A stretch of DNA of 64,000 nt from an uncultured Chloroflexia bacterium. GTDB lineage: Bacteria > Chloroflexota > Limnocylindria > Limnocylindrales > CSP1-4. The translations under genes and the position numbers were made by a program. The stretch covers positions 207,051 through 271,050 of the forward strand of contig CAVVYR010000004.1 of assembly GCA_963752475.1 (NCBI GenBank). The letters run 5' to 3'. This document shows, piece by piece, positions 62,144 through 64,000 of the stretch; the stretch's first letter is position 1; each line of letters begins with the position of its first letter. The notes beneath the pieces are model-generated. The model saw nothing but the letters and a program-made list of their open reading frames with translations, was not told the origin of the DNA and did not search any database.

Positions 62144-64000
<1,857 letters not shown>

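Overview
High-GC bacterial genomic window. Gene content suggests Chloroflexota (inference only: AsnRS, HPxHIH-type secreted protein, SARP-kinase-STAND receptor, Hox hydrogenase). Frameshifts are dense over 2.3-13.8 kb and flank a C-depleted, T/G-rich tract at about 3.66-5.9 kb, which suggests a low-coverage long-read consensus rather than true pseudogenes. Contents in order: a repetitive Ig/prealbumin-fold surface protein; a short PreA-like dihydropyrimidine dehydrogenase; an ACT-DUF711-sugar ABC-FGGY kinase operon; accessory genes; asnS; MMPL and MFS transporters; a 1224-aa PHP-TM-Cache-TM-PAS-CBS-DUF294 nucleotidyltransferase receptor; a bidirectional [NiFe] hydrogenase operon (hoxE, hoxF fused to a GltD-like module, hoxU, hoxY, hoxH); a 2-phosphoglycerate-kinase-like/HAD pair; a SARP-kinase-STAND-TM-beta-propeller receptor flanked by an active and a catalytically dead serine hydrolase, with duplicated leaders; HtrA; and a dpp/opp ABC operon. 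The best candidates for undescribed systems are the PHP/Cache/DUF294 writer-eraser receptor and the SARP-STAND receptor with its pseudo-hydrolase and shared upstream motif. All domain calls are from motif recognition by eye; no searches were run.
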